From positions 22,065 through 86,064 of the IMG/VR virus record IMGVR_UViG_3300013800_000001: a DNA stretch of 64,000 bases. One strand, written 5' to 3'. The translations under genes were made by a program, and so were the position numbers. This document shows, piece after piece, positions 45,149 to 54,500 of this stretch. The DNA comes from a virus. Lineage: Duplodnaviria; Heunggongvirae; Uroviricota; Caudoviricetes. The notes below the pieces were generated by a model. That model was not told the origin of the DNA. It ran no database searches and saw nothing but the letters and a program-made list of their open reading frames with translations. The first letter of the stretch is position 1, and every line of letters starts with the position of its first letter.

Positions 45149-45292
45149 ATGATAAAGAAACTCCTCAAAAAAATACTAGATATATTCTATGAACAGTGCC
45201 CTGAATGCGGGGAAAGATTATATCAAGAGTTTTACTCAGATAAGGTTTATATAGCTGTCTGTCTTGAGTGTGGTTACGAGAAAAGGATATGA
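45149..45292 (+). CDS. Small zinc-ribbon protein (47 aa, CPECG...CLECG)
   Basis: Hand translation. The ATGA overlap with the next gene's start is typical of phage operons. Confidence 0.3.
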   Translation: MIKKLLKKILDIFYEQCPECGERLYQEFYSDKVYIAVCLECGYEKRI

Positions 45293-45576
45293 AAAAAGAA
45301 AAAAACGTATTATATTCAAAAAAACCACAAGACTTCAGAGTAGATGGGTATTATAGATTTGTACCTACATGGTTTTCTTATGATAACCGTCCGGAAAAGA
45401 TAAGCCCTTTGATGTTTAAGTTTCTTTCTATGTTGCCCTCCTATCGGATAAATCCGTACAACGGATATCTGATCAAGAAGACTAAATACACTGGTCCTGA
45501 AGACTTTTCAGACTTCAAATATAACCCTCACGAGAAGACAGACTGGTTTCTTAAAAAAGAATTTGGATTTGAATAA
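45289..45576 (+). CDS. Hypothetical protein. The ATG at 45289 lies within the GTG-initiated track ORF 45268-45576.
   Basis: ORF track. Start adjusted. Confidence 0.45.
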   Translation: MKKEKNVLYSKKPQDFRVDGYYRFVPTWFSYDNRPEKISPLMFKFLSMLPSYRINPYNGYLIKKTKYTGPEDFSDFKYNPHEKTDWFLKKEFGFE

Positions 45577-46159
45577 TATGCAAAAAGAAAAAGAGATTTC
45601 ATCTCATCAGTTTAAAGACGTATACGAAAATCTTGGAATCAGTCTAGAAAGTCTAGGATGTATTATGTTGGAAGTAGAGCCAACTATTGAACTGCTGAGG
45701 ATAGGAAACAAGCTAGAACAAGAAAAATGCCTTTACTACGCCAAAAATAAGAAGCTTTTTTGGGTAGATGGTTTTGTAGGTAAGAAGCCCCATGTATCAT
45801 TACTATATGGGCTTCTTGGTGTTGGTGAAGATATAAAGCCATATGTAGACAGGGTTTTAGATGGATGGGATTTGAAAGAGGTTGAAGTTGAAAAGATAGG
45901 CTTCTTTCCATCACCATACCCAGATGAAGAATATAAGTGTATTGTGGCTCACGTTAAAATTACTCCGAAATTAATGGAGGGCCATGAGCGTCTTGAACTC
46001 TTGCCTCATATAAACACGTTCCCAGGATATAAAGCCCACTTTACTCTTGCTTACGTGAATAGTGATGACACCGGTATAGACGTGATAAAAGAGTTTTCAT
46101 CCCTTGAAGGAAAGAAGTTCTCTACCAAAGGTTTGAACTACGGAGGTAACAAAAAGTAA
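45563..46159 (+). CDS. 2H phosphoesterase superfamily protein (LigT / cyclic phosphodiesterase / Acb1-like)
   Basis: Two H-x-T/S-x motifs: PHVSLLYG and AHFTLAYV. Confidence 0.6.
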   Translation: MDLNNMQKEKEISSHQFKDVYENLGISLESLGCIMLEVEPTIELLRIGNKLEQEKCLYYAKNKKLFWVDGFVGKKPHVSLLYGLLGVGEDIKPYVDRVLDGWDLKEVEVEKIGFFPSPYPDEEYKCIVAHVKITPKLMEGHERLELLPHINTFPGYKAHFTLAYVNSDDTGIDVIKEFSSLEGKKFSTKGLNYGGNKK

Positions 46160-46170
46160 AAACAATCACT

Positions 46171-46470
46171 ATGGAGGTGAATAACAGCAGTCTAGATAAG
46201 TATAGGCTTTCGAAGCTATTAGATGAGATGAACAAAGACGAATACGATATGACTGATTACAAGTCAAAAGTGAAGGATGTTTGCTTTATTTGCGGTAAAA
46301 TATGCAATCCAAAGAAAGATTATAATTATTATGTGAGGAATGGAAATGCTTGTCAGGTTAGATGCTTTAATTCAAAAATAGCCAAGCATAACGAAGAAAT
46401 GCGGATCAAAAAGGAAATAAGAATAGGTGAGTGGAAGGATAATGCTAAAAAAAGAAAAATAAAGATATGA
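46171..46470 (+). CDS. Hypothetical Cys-containing protein (99 aa)
   Basis: ORF track. Confidence 0.5.
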   Translation: MEVNNSSLDKYRLSKLLDEMNKDEYDMTDYKSKVKDVCFICGKICNPKKDYNYYVRNGNACQVRCFNSKIAKHNEEMRIKKEIRIGEWKDNAKKRKIKI

Positions 46471-47009
46471 TAACAGTAGGATTAGACCTTTCACTAACAA
46501 AAACAGGATATGCGATTGTCGATTCAGATGGCAATGTTTTAGCATCTGGAGTCATAAAGTCGAAACCATCCGGTGACAAACCTATTAATGAGGTGAGACG
46601 TATTGTAGATATATCTGAGACTATAATGGAGAAAATAGATGAACACTGTCCGTCAGAAGACCCAGCAATGGTAGCTATCGAAGGGCTGGCATTCATGGCA
46701 AAAGGGACATCATTGGTACAGCTATCTGGCCTAAACTACCTAACTCGCATACTCTTGAGCCAGTTTGAATGGCCATTCATCATTGTTGCCCCGACATCTT
46801 TGAAAAAGTTCATCACTGGTTCAGGAAAGGGCGACAAAGATATGATGTCAATGCAGATATATAAAAGGTATGGCTTTGAAGCATTAGACAACAATGAAGC
46901 TGACGCATATTCTCTAGCTGTATGTGCATTAGCAGTACTAGATAAGCCATTAATAGAGCTAGGTGTCCCTCAAAAAGAGGTATCAACATTATTAAAAAAA
47001 CAATTATGA
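46467..47009 (+). CDS. RuvC-like Holliday junction resolvase
   Basis: N-terminus MITVGLDLSLTKTGYAIVD matches the RuvC/YqgF fold start. A downstream acidic residue lies in EADAYSLA. Confidence 0.65.
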   Translation: MITVGLDLSLTKTGYAIVDSDGNVLASGVIKSKPSGDKPINEVRRIVDISETIMEKIDEHCPSEDPAMVAIEGLAFMAKGTSLVQLSGLNYLTRILLSQFEWPFIIVAPTSLKKFITGSGKGDKDMMSMQIYKRYGFEALDNNEADAYSLAVCALAVLDKPLIELGVPQKEVSTLLKKQL

Positions 47010-47158
47010 ACGATCAACCAACCCCAGATGAGACAAATCTAGTGTTACCAATTATTTGCCCGTCTTGTTCGCATGAGATTGAACTTTCAATGCTATTTGA
47101 ACTCTTACCTCCTAAGACAAACAATGTTGAAGTAAAAGACGCTATTGTAGAAGCCTAA
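47006..47158 (+). CDS. Small protein (50 aa, CPSCSHE)
   Basis: Hand translation. ATGA overlap with the resolvase stop. Confidence 0.3.
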   Translation: MNDQPTPDETNLVLPIICPSCSHEIELSMLFELLPPKTNNVEVKDAIVEA

Positions 47159-47172
47159 AACAATAGAAATAT

Positions 47173-47619
47173 ATGAATAATGAAGAAAAAAATGTATATC
47201 CTAGGTCATTACAGCCTGATTTAAAGCCTGTTATTTCTGCGCCTGTAGTAGAAGAGGCTCCAAAAAAGGTAGAGAAAAAAGAGTTATGTTCTCATAATTA
47301 TGTTCCATATGAGCTTGTTTCATTTGAAGAACCTGATCGTTTTACCAAAAAGTATATAACAGAGTCTGCCGTATGTATTGACTGCGGATACTTTAAAAAA
47401 ATACTTAATAGTAAAAAACAGGCATTTTTTGTACAAGGATCTGAATCAGTAATAGGTTCATCTGGATCTGGAGGATCTGGAGGATCAGTAGGACATTCAT
47501 ACGGCGGTTATCCATATGGAGTTAGGATAGCAAATCCTGGAAATTCAGGTCAGTTGTCTAGATTATCATCAAACAGGACGAATTTTTCTTCACATAGATA
47601 TACGACTACAATATGGTAA
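47173..47619 (+). CDS. Hypothetical protein with a Gly/Ser-rich segment (148 aa)
   Basis: ORF track. Confidence 0.5.
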   Translation: MNNEEKNVYPRSLQPDLKPVISAPVVEEAPKKVEKKELCSHNYVPYELVSFEEPDRFTKKYITESAVCIDCGYFKKILNSKKQAFFVQGSESVIGSSGSGGSGGSVGHSYGGYPYGVRIANPGNSGQLSRLSSNRTNFSSHRYTTTIW

Positions 47620-49736
47620 CTCTAAAACACCTACAAATAAATGACTTTCTAAGTCACAAAGAAACAGAGATATCATTTGATAATAATGAGAAGATTCTTA
47701 TAGATGGAAACTCTGGATCAGGGAAAAGCTCTATCTTTGATGCAATTGTATGGGCTCTTTATGGTGTTGGAAGAGCTGATAACCGATCACTAGTCCGCAA
47801 GGGAGCAAAAGAGGCTAGAGTAAAGCTTTCTTTAAAAAAAGACGATGAAGTAATCGTTGTTTTTAGAAGCGTATCTGATAAAGGAAAGCACACTATTGCT
47901 ATCTTTACTGAACAGCCTGATGGGTCACTTCTTTCATACCCCCTTTCTGGTGTACGTGAAATACAAGCGTGGATAGAAAGAGACCTTATTGGTGCTAGCT
48001 ATCTACTTTTTGTGAATAGTATCGCCTATGTTCAGGGGAACTCAGATAGTTTTGTCTCTCAGGGAGCACCAAAAAGGAAAGAGCTTCTTTTAGAGATTGT
48101 TAAGGCTGATGACTACCAGAAATACTACGAAAAGTCACGTCAGACGCTTCAAAAACTAGAAAGTGAGCTTATGCTACTATCTGGACAGTATGGAGAGCTA
48201 GATAGGCATTTTAAGTCTATATTCAGTCGTCGTGGGGACAAAGTAGAACAAGAAAAGATAATAAGAAACTCTCAGAAGTATATTGATGGCCTAGAGCCTG
48301 AATTAAAGTCACTAGAAGATGAAAGATCATCATTACTGGTTGCTCTTTCAGAAGCAGAGTACATCGAAAGAGACATAGCCAGTATTCAGAGTGAAGGTGC
48401 TTATTTGAGGAAAGAATTAAGTGAAAGACTAGAAAAGATAAAAGAAAAGCCTATTCTTTTGCCTTTGCTTGAGCTTATACCAGAGAGGGAGAAAAATATA
48501 GAAGAAGCAAAAGATAGGCTTCTATATTTAAGGGATTCTTTGAAATTTGTTTCTGATATAGAAGCAAAAAGGAACGAGTTCTTGAGTCGTAAACCGAGTG
48601 TTGATGAATTTAACATAAAGGCGATAAGTGACATGTTAGATCAAGTTAAGGTACTAGAACAAGAACCTACTTGTCCTAGTGGAAATTCATGTCCATATTC
48701 TGGGAACCATGCTCCAAAGATAGCTAGTCTTAAAGAAGATATTAAGATTCGTAATGCCACGCTTTTAGAGCAAACAATGGCTCTCGCTAATTGGGAAGCT
48801 GATAAGGCCAGTCTTCCTCCTAAACCTGATATAGAGACCATTCTAAGCGACATAGATCACACCGAGAAGCTCATAAAAAAGCTAGAGGCAGAACTAGAGG
48901 ACGTCCTTTCTATCAGGAAAAAGATAGAAATGATAGACCAGGTTGCTACAGAGATACCTTCATTGAAGGCTGATATATCAGCTAACGAAATTAGGTATGC
49001 TGAATTGAAAGAAAAGCAAGAAAAGTCTGATTTAGAAACAAATAAAAAACAGTCAGATATAGTCTCTAAAAGGATAGATGAAATACGGTCATCAATAAAT
49101 GAGGCAAGCAACGCTATTACAATGGCAAAAGCTACTATTGAGACCATTACAAGGGATGAAGAGGAGATGAACGATATCAAAGGAAAGATTGATGATATCA
49201 AGAAGAACAGAATGCCAGTTCTTGGAGATAACATCAATAAAGTTCGTCTTGTTAAAGAAGCATTTGGAGAGAAAGGAATAAAAACTATGGTAATTGATTA
49301 CCTTCTTAGTTCTCTAGAGGACAAAGTTAACTCTATACTAAGCAGACTTTCTGACTTCCAGATAAGATTAGACACTCAGAAAAAGTCGGCTGACGGTGAA
49401 AGTATCATTGAAGGACTCTTTATTACAGTTTGCAATGAAATCGGTGAAGAAATGCCATTTGAGGCTTATTCTGGCGGAGAAAAGGTAAGAATAATATTTG
49501 CCATATCAGAGGCTCTTGCATCTCTAAGTAGTAAAAACATTGGATTTAGACTTGTAGACGAAGCTGTGTTAGCGCTTGATGATAATTCTTTAGAGTCATT
49601 CATGGATGTAGTTGGAACATTGCTCACAGATTTTGATCAAGTGATGTTCATTTCACATATTCAAGGTGTAAAAGACTTGTTTGAAAAGAGAATAAAAGTG
49701 AAAAAGCATAATGCTATTTCTAGGATAGAAAAATAA
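47613..49736 (+). CDS. sbcC: SbcC/Rad50-like ABC ATPase
   Basis: Walker A GNSGSGKSSIFDAI. Long coiled coil with a CxxC zinc hook (CPSGNSCPYSG). C-terminal signature/D-loop (SGGEKV...LVDEAVLALD). Confidence 0.85.
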   Translation: MVTLKHLQINDFLSHKETEISFDNNEKILIDGNSGSGKSSIFDAIVWALYGVGRADNRSLVRKGAKEARVKLSLKKDDEVIVVFRSVSDKGKHTIAIFTEQPDGSLLSYPLSGVREIQAWIERDLIGASYLLFVNSIAYVQGNSDSFVSQGAPKRKELLLEIVKADDYQKYYEKSRQTLQKLESELMLLSGQYGELDRHFKSIFSRRGDKVEQEKIIRNSQKYIDGLEPELKSLEDERSSLLVALSEAEYIERDIASIQSEGAYLRKELSERLEKIKEKPILLPLLELIPEREKNIEEAKDRLLYLRDSLKFVSDIEAKRNEFLSRKPSVDEFNIKAISDMLDQVKVLEQEPTCPSGNSCPYSGNHAPKIASLKEDIKIRNATLLEQTMALANWEADKASLPPKPDIETILSDIDHTEKLIKKLEAELEDVLSIRKKIEMIDQVATEIPSLKADISANEIRYAELKEKQEKSDLETNKKQSDIVSKRIDEIRSSINEASNAITMAKATIETITRDEEEMNDIKGKIDDIKKNRMPVLGDNINKVRLVKEAFGEKGIKTMVIDYLLSSLEDKVNSILSRLSDFQIRLDTQKKSADGESIIEGLFITVCNEIGEEMPFEAYSGGEKVRIIFAISEALASLSSKNIGFRLVDEAVLALDDNSLESFMDVVGTLLTDFDQVMFISHIQGVKDLFEKRIKVKKHNAISRIEK

Positions 49737-49766
49737 CTTGACAAAAGCCAACTTAAAAAATACACT
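49737..49766 (+). promoter_or_regulatory. Conserved promoter with a degenerate spacer (TTGACA-N17-TACACT)
   Basis: cTTGACAaaagccaacttaaaaaaTACACT, about 10 nt upstream of the deformylase gene. Confidence 0.55.
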
Positions 49767-49774
49767 AAAAATAT

Positions 49775-50479
49775 ATGGAAAAAGATCCCAACACATTAGA
49801 AGTCTTTGCTGCTGAAGACGTAAAAATGGAAGATGTGCCACCAGGCACTCCAACTTCAGCAACTCAAAATGAAGAGAAACTTCCTCAAGACGAGATAGAA
49901 AAGAGACAGAAGATAATGACTGAGTATACTCGCCTCATGGCCAGATACGTTGCTCCTCATAATAACAAGTCTCGATTTGTTAAAACAGAAGACCTAGATA
50001 GACTTCTAGCTGATGGGAAAGACCTAGTAGCTATGTGTGGATTACCTAGAGGTCTTTATGGAGGGATTGCTGCACTTGCGCACTCACAAATAGACGATAA
50101 AGATCCTCTTAGATTCTTCGTTCTCCCTAGTGGTATGGTTATTATTAACCCTATCGTGCTTAATCACACCAAAGTTACTGTAATGAAAGAAGAGGGTTGT
50201 CTAACATTCCCAGATAACGAAATAAAGAAAGATGTTCCAAGATACAACAAGATTACTGTTATTTACCAGACATTAGAGAAGCCTACAAACGTAGATGATC
50301 CTGTTATTTCTAAGCCAAAAGTTGAGGGTATGGCCGGAGGAATGGCTCATGTATTTCAGCATGAAATAAGCCATTTAAATGGATGTCAAGTATACGACGA
50401 AGATTTTAAACCAGAGTCTTGTGAGGGTCTTGGGGAAGGTCTCATTCCTGAAGAAGATGTAAAAAAATTATATGAGTAA
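49775..50479 (+). CDS. def: Peptide deformylase with an N-terminal extension of about 70 aa
   Basis: Motif II EEGCLTFP. Motif III QHEISHLNG. GIAALAHSQ resembles motif I. Confidence 0.8.
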   Translation: MEKDPNTLEVFAAEDVKMEDVPPGTPTSATQNEEKLPQDEIEKRQKIMTEYTRLMARYVAPHNNKSRFVKTEDLDRLLADGKDLVAMCGLPRGLYGGIAALAHSQIDDKDPLRFFVLPSGMVIINPIVLNHTKVTVMKEEGCLTFPDNEIKKDVPRYNKITVIYQTLEKPTNVDDPVISKPKVEGMAGGMAHVFQHEISHLNGCQVYDEDFKPESCEGLGEGLIPEEDVKKLYE

Positions 50480-50657
50480 ACGGCAAACAGTAGGAGAGTC
50501 AGATGTAGCAGTACATATAAGATACGCCGAGAAACAGATTATTGATCTTATAGGAGCAATACTATCAGATAAGGAGCAAAGAGATCATGCAAAAAAGGCT
50601 GCATCGTACATCTTTACAGAAACTCTAAGGACTTACAAAGGGATTGATAAAAAATAA
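50472..50657 (+). CDS. Hypothetical protein (61 aa)
   Basis: ORF track. Confidence 0.4.
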   Translation: MSKRQTVGESDVAVHIRYAEKQIIDLIGAILSDKEQRDHAKKAASYIFTETLRTYKGIDKK

Positions 50658-50669
50658 TGAAATAATTAT

Positions 50670-51047
50670 ATGAACAGCTCACAGTCAATAACGTACGATT
50701 ATATCGAAGAATACGATCAATTCATGAATAGCTTCAGAAAGACTGAAGTTAGCGGTGAAGAAGTAGGTGAGTTTATTATGAGAATGACTGGACATTACAT
50801 TCGATACAATATCCGGTACAGCGACTCTATCAGACTATTTTCAGCTGTTAAGTCAGACTTTCAGAATAGACTTGATAGTAATGGAAAGCCTATGTCTAGT
50901 GCCAAAGCTCAAATGTTGGCAGATTCAACACCAGAGGCTGCAACATATGAAATAGCTAGAATCCATGTACAGAACTTAGAGCAGATTATAAATAGTATGA
51001 AGTCACTTCAGAAAGGAGTTCTGACAGAATACGCAAACTCTAAATAA
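50670..51047 (+). CDS. Hypothetical protein (125 aa)
   Basis: ORF track. Confidence 0.5.
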   Translation: MNSSQSITYDYIEEYDQFMNSFRKTEVSGEEVGEFIMRMTGHYIRYNIRYSDSIRLFSAVKSDFQNRLDSNGKPMSSAKAQMLADSTPEAATYEIARIHVQNLEQIINSMKSLQKGVLTEYANSK

Positions 51048-51079
51048 AACCCCTTAAAGACGTATTAAGATTATCAAGT

Positions 51080-51586
51080 ATGAGGATTGATAGATCATGT
51101 AAGATTTGCGGTAGCGTTTTTGAAGCCATCAAAACAACCCAATTCTTTTGCTCTCGAAAGTGCTTTAAAAGAGACTATTATATTCGAACAAAGGCAATTA
51201 CGGTAAAGAAAAAGCAGAATCCAAGCTTCCCACAGAAAAAATGCGGATTTTGCCTGGAGATTTCTCAGCTTGATTTTGATCCTATGACACATCCAAGCCT
51301 GTATACAGGATGGTGTTGCCCGTTCTGCGGTACTCACAATAAGATAGTCTTGCAGTATCAAGGAAAGCCTGGATCAAGACAAAGTATAATAGATATATAT
51401 CTGCAATCCGAGTCAAACTTTCCGAACAATACTCTTGTACAGACTCATATAACAGAATACAAAACATACCATATACCGATTCATAATCCGGCAGAAGGTA
51501 ATGATTCTATACTGGTGTTAACGTGTGAGCTAATGAATATCCTAGAGATTCAGAAAGGAAACAGAAAAAAGATAGTGTTTTCTTAA
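51080..51586 (+). CDS. Zinc-ribbon-containing hypothetical protein (168 aa)
   Basis: CKICGSV...CSRKC and CCPFCG clusters. Confidence 0.5.
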   Translation: MRIDRSCKICGSVFEAIKTTQFFCSRKCFKRDYYIRTKAITVKKKQNPSFPQKKCGFCLEISQLDFDPMTHPSLYTGWCCPFCGTHNKIVLQYQGKPGSRQSIIDIYLQSESNFPNNTLVQTHITEYKTYHIPIHNPAEGNDSILVLTCELMNILEIQKGNRKKIVFS

Positions 51587-54500
51587 TACCACCCGTTCTC
51601 ATCATGGAATCTCAAAGCCATTGATGGTGAGCCATAGCGCTCTTTAATGTATCTCAAACCAGCGGCGATCTGAACATTAGGATCGTCGCTTTTTTGTGCT
51701 CCATATCCTCCCCATGTACTATCTAAGAATTGGAATAAACCGAAAGCTGTAGAGTTAGGATTTTTTACATTGTGGCGGAAAGAAGATTCTCTGTTTACAA
51801 GTTCAAGAAGAGCGTTAACCTCATTTTGTCCAAAGTAGTCTGCCCCAGACTGGGCTACTAGTATCTTGTTTCTTTCTATGTCAGAATTTCCAGTTGTCTG
51901 AACAGCAGCTGGAGCTGGCTTGATAGATTTAGCCACTGGCTCCATAGCATCAGCTATATTAGCGTAATCTCTAGGTCCTTTATATCCTTTAATAGGCACT
52001 GGGCGTGGCTCAAGTCGTAATGTACTTGGACCTGTCTTTTTTACAGGTTTAACTGGAGCAGGCTTATTCTCAACCTTTGGCTGAACTGGCTTAGGCTCCT
52101 GTGGTTTTGGTTTCGGCTTATTAAATGTTAATTCAGTTGTCTTTACCTCTGGTTTTGGCGAGTTTTGGTTCACAAAAACTGTTTGCTTTGGCTTAATAAA
52201 GCTACTAAGAGTGTCACTGACTTTATTTCCTATAGAATGGCCAATAGATGAGGCTTTCTGCTTAAACCAGTCTCCAAATCCTCCGGCACCATCATGATAT
52301 CCAGGCCCTCCTCCTCCATCGTTTTTACTTTGAGATAGAATAGCATCGTATTTCTTAATTTTATCAAGAATATCTTTGAAGTTACCCTGAATCATTTCTG
52401 GTGTTTGCCATGATGGGGCTGGGTTCTCTGGATCTGGATTGTCGATTTCTTGCTGTAGTCTCTCTATTTTAGCCTTTAATTCAGGAAGAACTACCTTTGC
52501 TTCTTCAACAGCTTGCATCTCCTTGCTCTTCTGCAAAGCAGACTTAACATCAGCTACCATAGCTTCTTTTTCAAGCTTCTCGAATATACTGAAAGGAATA
52601 GAAAGCTTCTTAGCCTTCGGGTTATTTTCAGTTAATCTCTTGTTCATGTATTGCAATAGACCTGGATTTTCTTTTCCAGCTCCAATAAACAAACGCTTGA
52701 TATCACGTACTGAAGCAGCTCCAGTCATTGGAAGATCTGATGCAACACCAGCTAGAAGATTTTCTCCCTGAGTAAGGTTTCCGATCATGTTGTCTTCTTG
52801 GTACCATGGGGTTACTCGCATTCCATTTGCAAGTTCTGGTGTTTCCAGTCCCAATGCTGCTTTTTCACTATCAGTCATTCCTCCACCTTCTTCGGTAGGA
52901 TTATCTTTCAATTGCTGTCTTCTTTCGCCGTAAGCCTTCATTTCTGCATCTCTATCTCCAGCAGAACGAGCATTAACAATATTCTTATTCTGCTTTATTT
53001 CACGTCCAGCAGCATTAACCTCACTGGCAAAGTAATTGTTCCAGAAATCATCCCCCCATGGATGAATAGTAGAGGTAAATTTAGCAAGAGTAGGGTTATT
53101 CTTGTATTTAGGTCCAAACATGTGGGTGAATACTTCATCCATAGTCTTGGCATTGTAAAAAGCTGGGAGATTTTCTTTGTCTTTAAGACCTTCTTCAATG
53201 CTACGGTAAAAGCTATTTGACTTAACAGCAGGCATTTCTATAGGAGCATCATTAGCTTTTAAGCCAACTCCAAGCATCTCTGAAGAACGCTTTTCCATTT
53301 CTCTTATAACATTCTCTTTTACATCTTTGATGATGTTACCAGGGACACCTTTTGCTGCAAGATCGAACTGAACCATCTTCTCTACATCTTGGATAGCCAT
53401 TTTGTGAGATTTGACGTTATCTTGCATATATCCACCCTTCGCATTTTCAATAGCAGAAACAGCTTCTGGGATGAAACTATCAGTTAATCTTGATATTTCG
53501 TCCAATTCTTTAGAAGAAACAACTCTCTGAGCCTTTGTATTACTATTCTTTTTGAGTGAGGGGAGCTCAACCTCTGCAGTAGCTGTAATTCTTTCTGTAA
53601 GGGGATCAACAACTGGAGGAGTAATAGTTTCCATCACTTTCTCCTGAACTGCCTGAGGAGCACTGATTTCAGCTGTTTTTTGAGCTGTAGGGCTCTCAAA
53701 CGGCAAAGTGTTATCAGATGTACTTTTAACTGGTAAAACTGCCTCCTGAGGCATAATATGCTCTTCTACACCACTTACAGGTGATTTCTTCAGCTTGCTA
53801 ACCAAAGGCATGTCTAAAACAGCATTTCCAGCTCCTTGAGCCTGTAATGCTCCACTTTCGAGGTATGTCTTAGTGAATTGAAGTTTTAGCTTTGTAGCAA
53901 GACTGGCTTCACCGCTATTTACAGCTTCTACTAGGATATTTAGACCGTCTCGCATGGTTAGATTATCCTTCTGCTTGAATATAGCCTGAGCCTGAGAATC
54001 CTGAAGGACAATTCCAAACTTTTCAAGGAATCCTTGTTTCAGGGTCTCTGGACTAGAAGTATCAATAACATCTTCAATATCCTTAACCAATGATCTTGTT
54101 GTCTGTTGAGGTACAGCAATCTTTTCTGTCTTCGGTGTTTCTTTTACAACAACCTTTGGTATATATTCAGATGCTGGATGAACAACATTCTTTCTCATCT
54201 GAGCAATTGCCTCAGACTTTTGTTTAGCACCCATAGCACTATTAACCTTAGCAATATGCATAGAAATGGGGCTTTTTTCTCCTTGATTTCTCATTCTGTC
54301 TCCTAAGTTCTTGCTATACTCCCAGTTTGAGTCTTTGACATTCAAAGGAATAAAAGGATTCTTGCTTTCTAATGTCTCCATTGTGGCTCTAGGGTCAAGG
54401 TTTGCCACCAAAACGCTAATATCATCCTTTTTCATAGCAGTAGCAAGCTGATCTTTGTGAAGATCAATTGGACGCATACCTTTCTTTCCGCCTGTTTCTT

